From NCBI GenBank assembly GCA_040143965.1, contig JASJQH010006897.1:1-47463 (forward strand): a stretch of DNA of 47,463 nt. Direction: 5' to 3'. This document shows positions 45,744 through 47,463 of the stretch, in pieces. Both the position numbers and the translations under genes were made by a program. Source of the DNA: Basidiobolus ranarum (Eukaryota). Under the pieces are notes generated by a model, which was given only the letters and a program-made list of their open reading frames with translations, had not been told where the DNA came from and ran no database searches. The number at the start of each line of letters is the position of its first letter. Positions within the stretch are counted from its first letter, which is position 1.

Positions 45744-47309
45744 ATGTCTTCCGAATACGTACCCGTTTCTACAGAAACCTTAGATGATCCTATTCTAGAA
45801 TCTGAAGCTCAAGACTTAAATTTATTACCAAGCGAATCTAATGAAGAGGCAGACCTTCCACGTACTATGGGCGTTTTTACTGGTGCCTCAATGGTAATAG
45901 GATTAATGGTAGGGTCTGGAATTCTTTCCACTCCAGCCTTAGTATTAAGTTTGGTTGGCTCACCCGGGGCTGCACTTCTGCTCTGGATTCTTGGTGCTAT
46001 AGTTACTTTAGGGGGGGCTATGGCCTATGTGGAAATGGGAGTGATGTGGCCTCAAAATGGAGGTACACAGCATTACTTGGCACATGCATACCCTAAACCC
46101 AAAGCCTTACTATCATATGCGTTTATTTGGTGTATCTTATTTGCAGCTCGACCAGCCTCTATTGCAGCGAATGCCCCCGTATTTGGCAAGTTCGTCTTAT
46201 TTGCGATATATGGCAGTCCTAGTGAAAATAGAACCGCATCGTATGAGTGGCTATCCAGGTTCATTGGATTAATTGCTATTACATTTTTGCTAGTTTTAAA
46301 CTCATTTTCAGTCAAAGCAGCTCAACGCTTTCACGCTTCTTTGACACTGATCAAAATCGTGGTATTGATGGTGATTTGTGTATCTGGTGTGCTGGCACTT
46401 GTGGGAGTTATTAATGTTCCAGATGAAGCTAAACAAAACTGGTCCCACCCATTTGCAAATACAAATATTAACCTGGGATCTACTGCATCCGCTTTGCAGA
46501 AAGTCTTCTGGGGCTATAGTGGGTGGACCAACTTGAGTTACAGTCTGGGAGAGTTACGTGATCCAAGCAAGAATTTGCCTAGAGCTGCTACTTTGGGTGT
46601 TGGACTTGTGTCGACTTTGTATATTCTAGCGAACGTAGCGTTTTTTGCCGTTGTACCCGTTGCACTCGCCTTAGAATCCAAAGAGATTTTAGCTGCCGAA
46701 TTTACGTACATAATATTTGGTGATTTCGCCGGGAGGATTGTTTTGCCATCATTGATTGCCGTTTCTATGTTTGGTTCGCTCAGCGCTCAAATATACGTTG
46801 GGGCACGAACTGCTATGAGCGCAGCAAAAAGTCATTTCCTTCCCTACTCTGAGCATATATCTCGCTTACACCCAACATATGGGACTCCAGTGGCCGCCTT
46901 ACTTCTCAATTACTGTATAGTTCTGTTCTATTTGCTTGGCCCACCGCCTGGAGATACCTTTGATTTCCTTATTGGGTTTGTTCAATATCCTACTTGGTTC
47001 TTTTATGGAATGTCCGTAGCTGGATGTCTGCTACTTCAACGTATACAGTCCTATCACCCTAGAAGAACATTTAGAGCAAGCAAAGTGTTGGCCATTCCTT
47101 TCATCATTACATGTATTTTCTTGACAATCTTCCCCTTCTTCCCTCCTACAGTATCCAAGCCAAATACTTCTTATCCATACTGGTTGTCACCGGTGATGGG
47201 ACTCTTGGTTATAGCCATTAGTATGGTTATGTGGTATCTGAGGATGGTATGGTGGCCAAAGAGAACCCATCAGGATACTAGAGCATGGTACAAATGGTTG
47301 AATGAATAG
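45744..47309 (+). CDS. APC superfamily LAT-type amino acid permease (Mup1-like), intronless
   Basis: TM1 GLMVGSGILSTP, YVEMG..P.NGG..YL, TM6 WGYSGW, ELRDPSKNLPR and about 12 TM segments. Confidence 0.9.
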   Translation: MSSEYVPVSTETLDDPILESEAQDLNLLPSESNEEADLPRTMGVFTGASMVIGLMVGSGILSTPALVLSLVGSPGAALLLWILGAIVTLGGAMAYVEMGVMWPQNGGTQHYLAHAYPKPKALLSYAFIWCILFAARPASIAANAPVFGKFVLFAIYGSPSENRTASYEWLSRFIGLIAITFLLVLNSFSVKAAQRFHASLTLIKIVVLMVICVSGVLALVGVINVPDEAKQNWSHPFANTNINLGSTASALQKVFWGYSGWTNLSYSLGELRDPSKNLPRAATLGVGLVSTLYILANVAFFAVVPVALALESKEILAAEFTYIIFGDFAGRIVLPSLIAVSMFGSLSAQIYVGARTAMSAAKSHFLPYSEHISRLHPTYGTPVAALLLNYCIVLFYLLGPPPGDTFDFLIGFVQYPTWFFYGMSVAGCLLLQRIQSYHPRRTFRASKVLAIPFIITCIFLTIFPFFPPTVSKPNTSYPYWLSPVMGLLVIAISMVMWYLRMVWWPKRTHQDTRAWYKWLNE

Positions 47310-47463
47310 TGATTTATTTTATATAAAGCTTCTCATCAAATAATGAATGAGTGCAAGTATAAGCGATTTATGGGATTTTATTGCTTCATAGATTAGATAT
47401 TCACTCAGAGCCTCCCGTTCACATCGATTTTAGATGGATCATTCAGTTTGTTGCTTGATCTTC

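Noticed and set aside
1-47463. Functional clustering of nutrient and trafficking genes (TSC1, arrestin, GID4, TBC1D13, VAC14, permease)
   Set aside because: They are interspersed with unrelated housekeeping genes and no shared regulatory signal was seen; consistent with ordinary gene order.

Overview
Gene-dense, AT-rich eukaryotic genomic DNA with short spliceosomal introns. Gene content (copine, Na,K-ATPase-like P-type pump, TBC1D13, minor-spliceosome introns) points to an early-diverging fungus (Zoopagomycota/Mucoromycota-like; this is inference). About 19 protein-coding genes were reconstructed by hand: TSC1 (3' part), alpha-arrestin, GID4/VID24, F-box/LRR protein, ADE8, HAC1/XBP1-type bZIP, POM33/TMEM33, ACU/P2C-type cation ATPase, copine, EMW1/TTC27, mitochondrial DNA polymerase gamma, a 7TM receptor, an N-formylglutamate amidohydrolase-like protein, eIF3h, TBC1D13, an orphan, a CPS1/hyaluronan synthase-like GT2, VAC14 and an amino acid permease. 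The most notable signals are in RNA processing. (1) The bZIP gene carries a 59-nt Ire1-type non-spliceosomal intron flanked by two CNGCNGN hairpin loops. Its unspliced frame encodes a metazoan XBP1u-like hydrophobic segment followed by a 53-aa tail ending Trp-Pro-Pro-stop, a candidate membrane-targeting and ribosome-pausing module. (2) VAC14 contains two U12-type introns, one AT-AC and one GT-AG. Three splicing systems (U2, U12, Ire1) therefore appear to act in this window. No tRNA, rRNA, CRISPR array or intact transposon was recognised.
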